From assembly GCA_044892525.1 (NCBI GenBank), contig CM097885.1:34102001-34166000 (forward strand): a stretch of 64,000 nt of DNA, in the 5' to 3' direction. Both the position numbers and the translations under genes were made by a program. Below, piece after piece: positions 37,200 through 43,100 of the stretch (position 1 is its first letter; the number at the start of each line of letters is the position of its first letter). The notes under the pieces are model-generated. The model saw only the letters and a program-made list of their open reading frames with translations, was not told the DNA's origin and did not search any database. The DNA is from Schmidtea polychroa. Its lineage: Eukaryota.

Positions 37200-40100
37200 C
37201 AACGATTTAAACAAATTAAATTAATATGTAATCGATAATTAAAACAAAGATTATTAGTTCTAAAAATATTAGGCATCATTCTAAAAATATTAGGCATCGT
37301 TCTAAAAGTATGACGTAATCGTTCTAAAAATATTAGGCATCATTCTAAAAATATTAGGCATCGTTCTAAAATTATGACGTAATCGTTCTAAAAATAATAG
37401 ACATCATTCTAAAAATATTAGGCATCGTTCTAAAAGTATGACGTAATCATTCTAAAAATATTAGGCATCATTCTAAAAATATTAGGCATCGTTCTAAAAG
37501 TATGATGTAATCGTTCTAAAAATAATAGGCATCGTTCTAAAAATATTAGGCATCATTCTAAAAATATGACGTAATCATTCTAAAAATAATAGGCATCGTT
37601 CTAAAATATTAGACATCGTTCTAAAATAAGAGGCATCGTTCTAAAAGTATGATGTAATCGTTCTAAAAATATTAGGCACCATTCTAAAAATATTTGGCAT
37701 CGTTCTAAAAATATTAGACATCGTTGGGTGAGTCATTGGGTGAGTCAATCTCTTTGTTAATAATAATGATGATGATACCTTCTATGGCTCATTCGAAAGG
37801 TCTTGGACTGAGCTTTAAGATGAGGTATCGGTCAATAAAATCTGTTGGTGGGAACATTATTTTTGGGATGAAAAAAAAGTGTGAGCCCGCCCGGCCAATT
37901 AATAATATTTTGGAAAATAATAATAATTTAACGTTGAAAAGATGGTGGTCATCAATTGTTAATAACATTAAAACTATTAAAGATATATATGATACCTATA
38001 GCTCATTCGAAAGGTCTTGGACTGAGCTTTAAGATGAGGTATCGTCCAATAAAATCTGTTGGCAGGAACATTAATTTTTGGGATGAAAAAAAGTGTGAGC
38101 CCGCCCGGCCAATTAATTAAAACAAAAAAATTAAAAAAAAAATTTTTTCCCGGGGGGGGGGGGGAGGGGGTATATGTGGCCGGGGGAGCTCCTGGCCGGG
38201 GGAGCTCCAATCATACTACTGAAAACATCAGATGAAATAAAAGCGACAATAAAGAAATTAGAAAAGGTAAACAAAATTATGGGCCATGTTAATGTTGTGA
38301 AGACTTCACCGGTTGTTCAAAACTACAGAAGCTACAGAGATGTTGCTCAAAGAGGAATGGTAAACGGAAATAATAATTTCAACCAACGAAACGTCAGTAA
38401 CCGACAATTGGAATGCTGGACATGCAAGAAAATTGGTCATGTGAGTCGAGAATGCCAAATGAAAAAGAAAATTACGTGTTTTGCATGCGGAGTTGAAGGC
38501 CATGTACGGCGAGAATGTTCAACGATTCAATGCCAGAGATGTCACTTACGTGGACATAAGGAGATTGACTGCTATACAAATTTGGAAAGAAGGAAGTTTC
38601 AAACTAATTCAAACATGAGAAACAATAATTATTATGCCCATCGAACCACAAGCTATCAACAAAAGATCAACAATCCAAGAAGAACAATTGCAGCAATTGA
38701 ACCTAATGATGAGACGATGCCATTGGAGTATTCAGACGATGCAGAAGACAAATATGAGGAGATTCAGCACCCAAAAGTACATGCTTCGACACGGGAGGCA
38801 ATGATCGGAGCAATATACTAGGTAATTTTGATATTGATGTAAATATTGGTCATAATAATTTTAATAATGTAAATAATCCTTATTTTTATAATAATGTAGA
38901 ACCTTTATGTAATAATATTTGTAATTTTAAAAAGTTTCCTTTAAATAATTTTAAATGTTATAGTTATTTTAATGCTGATCGATCTTTAATAAATAATAAT
39001 AATAATAATCCTAAGAATCAAGAAGAGTATAGTGAAATTAAAGAAGCAGAATATAATAATAAAATAGTAAATGAAAAAGTTTATAAATTTATTAAGAAGG
39101 CAGAAGATAAATTAGAGAGAAAGGAAATTGGGTGGATTAATGAAATATCAGAGGAGCAAAATATTTTCACTAAAGATGAATGGAAACGACCGAAATTGAG
39201 TTATGACAAAATGCAAGGTAGACCGAGTACAACTCTTGAAATTCAGGGTTATAGAATGGAATGCTTACTAGATACAGGAGCAAGAGTAAATGTAATGGCA
39301 GAAGCAGTTGTGGAAAAATTAGTGAATGTGAAAATCATAAAAACAGATGAGATGTTAAGATGTGCAAATGATAGTAAATTAGAGACAATCGGAAAAATAT
39401 ATATTGATGTTAGAATTGGTAATATGGAAAGAAAAATAACATTTATAATAGTTAAAAATATTGTTCCAGATATAATAGGCGGAGTGGAATTGCAGAAAGA
39501 GTTTGGAATTGAATTAAACTACATCAAGCAAAATGAAGAAGGATATAATGAATTTATATGTGAAATAGAAGCTAGATTTGGGGAAAAGATTACAGATAAC
39601 GAGAGATGTCAAAGAGCAATAGAAATTCTAAGATTAAACGAAAATAAAAGACTGTTAGAGATTGTTAAATACAATAAAAGTGTTTTTATGGCTAATAACT
39701 GGGATATCGGATGTACTGATTTAATTGCACATAAAATCATCACAAAAGAAGGGCCAATTATGATAAAACCCAGAAGACAACTCATCAATTTAGAGGAGAA
39801 AATAAATGCTGCTATAAAAAATTTAGAAAATAATGATATCATAAGAAGATGTAATTCACCTTGGAATACGCCGTTAGTATGCGTGTGGAAAAAAGACAAA
39901 AAAGATATCAGACTTTGTTTAGATTTTAGACAGCTTAATAAGATTACTGAAAGACAAGCTTTTCCTATGCCGAATGTAGAAGAAAGTCTAGATACATTAC
40001 ATGGATCTAAGTACTTTAGTTCTATAGACCTTGGGAACGCTTATTATCAGGTGAAATTGGACATAGAATCGCAAGAAAAGACAGCATTTTCTACTAAAGA

Positions 40101-43100
40101 AGGACAATTTTGTTTTAATAGAATGCCTTTTGGCATTGCGGCGGCACCGGGTACATTCCAAGAATTAATGACAAAAATATTGAAAGATCTATGGAAAGAA
40201 GGAGTTATGGTGTATTTAGACGATATTTTAATTTTTACAAGAACAATTGAAGAACATTACAATGTGTTTGGAAAAGTTCTAGAGAAAATAAGGGAAGCTA
40301 AATTGAGAATCAACCCAGAAAAATGTCAGTTATTAAAGAGCGAAGTAAAGTTTTTAGGGCACATTATTAACAGTCAGGGGATTCGGACAGATCAAAGTAA
40401 AATTGAGGCTATTAAATCATTTCAGGGGCCTAAGTGTATAAAGAATTTGAGAAGCTTTTTAGGTATATGTAACTATTATCGGAGATTTATTAAGGAATAT
40501 GCAACAAAATCAAGAGCGCTAGAAAGCATATGTGGAAGCAATAGTGAAAAAATAATCTGGACTGAGGAATGTGAGAAAGCTTTCGAAGAAATGAAAATGG
40601 CGTTGACTACAGCGCCAATTCTCGTATTTCCAGATTTCAAGAAAGAATTCATATTAGATACAGACGCAAGCTTTGATGCAATTGGAGCTGTATTATCACA
40701 AAGAGATGAAATGGGGCATGAACACGTTATTGCATATGGATCGCATGCAATGAGTAGCCATGAAAGAGGATATTGTATAACACGAAAAGAGCTTTTGGCT
40801 ATATATTATTTCTGGCGCCATTTCAACCATTATTTATACGGTAAACGGTTGGTTTTGCGCACTGATCATAAAGCAATAACTTTTATGTTAACGACAAAGC
40901 AGCCGATAACAGCACAGTTCCAAACGTGGATAAATTACTTGAGCAGTTTAGACATAAAAATGGAGTTCAGAAAAGGTACGGCGCATACGAATGCAGATAT
41001 GCTGTCTAGAAATACATGCGGCAAATGTGTACAATGTTTGATGAACCATGATAACCCCAAATCAGGGCGATTTAAAACTAGATTGTTAACATTGATGACC
41101 GAAAATAATGGAAATGAATGCAAAGAGATAATGCAGAAATACAAGATATAAAAGATCAAATAAATGAAAGGAAAAATAATAAATATATATTAAAAGGAAA
41201 TATTATCTATACCAATCAAAACAAAATATGGATACCAGAAACAAAAAGACGAGAAATGATTAAGGAAACACATTTATTATTATGCCACGCAGGAGTAGAA
41301 AAAGTTATGAAATATATTTGGAACAATTTTGATATGTAAGATTTGCTAAATGAAGTAAAAGAGACTATTTCAATATGTGAAGCATGCCAGAAAAACAAAG
41401 TTTTAACTACAAAGTCAAAAGAAAAAACCCAAGTAATTCAAGCTTCAGAACCTATGGAGAAAATATACATGGATATTTGCGGTCCATTAAGATAAACCTT
41501 CAGAGGAGAAAAATATATTTGTGCAATAATCGATCATTACAGTAAATACATATCTCTAACTCCTATTAGAAAGCAAGATGAAAATACAATAAAGGCAGTT
41601 TTGTTAAATAATTGGATATTGAAATTTGGAGTCCCTAAGGAACTACATGTTGATTGTTGAAAAAATTTCGAAGCAAGTAGCATTAAAGAACTAGCAAAGG
41701 CAGCAGGAATTGAGTTGATATTTTCGAGTCCGTATCATCATAATACTAATGGTGTAATTGAAAGACAATTTCGTACTATAAGAGACTATATTAATGCATC
41801 ACTCAGAGAAGGAGTTAAAAAAAGCTGGGCAGAATTAATACCTGATATAGAATACGTTTTAAATGCGACAGCTCAAAAAACTACTGGAGTGAGTCCAGCA
41901 GAAATTATTTTTGGAAGAAAGATTAATAGATCGCAATGGCATAGTAATAATGAAGTGGATAGAAATGAAATCATGCGGAAATTAGAGGCTAAAAGACAGC
42001 AAGCGAAAGAAATTGGCACAACTAGGAACTTAGAAGTGGGGGACAAAGTATTGGTGAAACAAGAAATTAGAAACAAAGATCACGAGAGATATGAAGGACC
42101 ATACACAGTAATAAAACGAAATCATGAAAGAAGTTATTTATTAACAGACGAAAACGGAAGAAAAATAACGAGGAATATAGAAAAGTTAAAGCATTTTAAA
42201 GAAGGGGGGATGTAAGGAGTTAGTAAACCTCTATATAAAATTATTATGGTTAAATGGTAGAAGTGAGATCAGTTAGTAGAAATAATTATTTCTGTTAAAT
42301 TTGTATATTTAAATTCTATATTAAATTATATCATATTATATTAAATTATATTAAATTAAATCAATTAAATGTATGACCAGTAATTACATTAATATTAATA
42401 ATTATCACGCCTCGGTGTTTAAATATTCTAGTAAACGGCACAATTTTTGAAGTTGTTATAAAAATAAATGCTTGAAGAAAACTTGAATTTAATTGCGTCT
42501 AACAAATAGTACATCAAGAAATTCAATAGTAAAATAAACTTACATGGTATTTGTGAAAGTAATTAAACAGAATTAGTATTTAATTTCCAGTTTTAAATAG
42601 ATTTAAATAATATGCTAAAAGTAAATAATAAAATTATAAATTAAAAATTATAAATTAAATATATTTAAGAATGATCGAAAATTAAAATATGAAATATTTA
42701 TTGAATACTTATGTACGAATATTCCCTATTCAATAATTAATTCATGCTTGCGAAAATATTCTCAATCCTATAAACAGAGATTGCTTAAATAAGACAGATT
42801 TTGTGTTGTTTTCATAAATATAGTTTTGTTTTGTTTTGAAATATTATAAATGTTATTAATTCAAGAAATCTAACATCTAATAGAATGACTATTATTTTGC
42901 AATAAACATGCATATTGATTTAAATATTTTAGAAAAGTAATATTTGTTATATTTACCTTCTATGTAATTTAAATACTATAAAATATTATTTTTATTGTAT
43001 TTATTTAAAAGCTTGACTGTGAATCAATAAATATATCGATGTTTTATATAGTCAAAAAACATCGATATATTTTCTGATTCATAGTCAAGCTTTTCAATTG

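Larger units (their letters stand above)
28023..38220. mobile_element. Polinton B: non-autonomous fold-back (palindromic) element; arms 28023-32461 and 33863-38220, 1401-bp spacer
   Basis: AGTAGT...ACTACT termini, 6-bp TSD GAAAAC (28017-28022, 38221-38226), and mirrored identical ORFs. Confidence 0.96.
27577..38821 (+). pseudogene. gag: Gypsy gag split by insertion (27577-28022 + 38227-38821), three CCHC knuckles
   Basis: Removing 28023-38226 restores an in-frame KDLKT-SDEIK junction; CX2CX4HX4C occurs three times. Confidence 0.92.
27284..42504 (+). mobile_element. Ty3/Gypsy LTR retrotransposon interrupted by Polinton B
   Basis: 294-bp TG..CA LTRs, 5-bp TSD AATAG (27279-27283, 42505-42509), PBS, PPT, and gag-PR-RT-RH-IN order. 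Confidence 0.97.

Noticed and set aside
43007..43095. Short hairpins (also ~44573-44619 and ~47126-47172)
   Set aside because: Probably tiny MITE remnants; no TSD or function can be supported.
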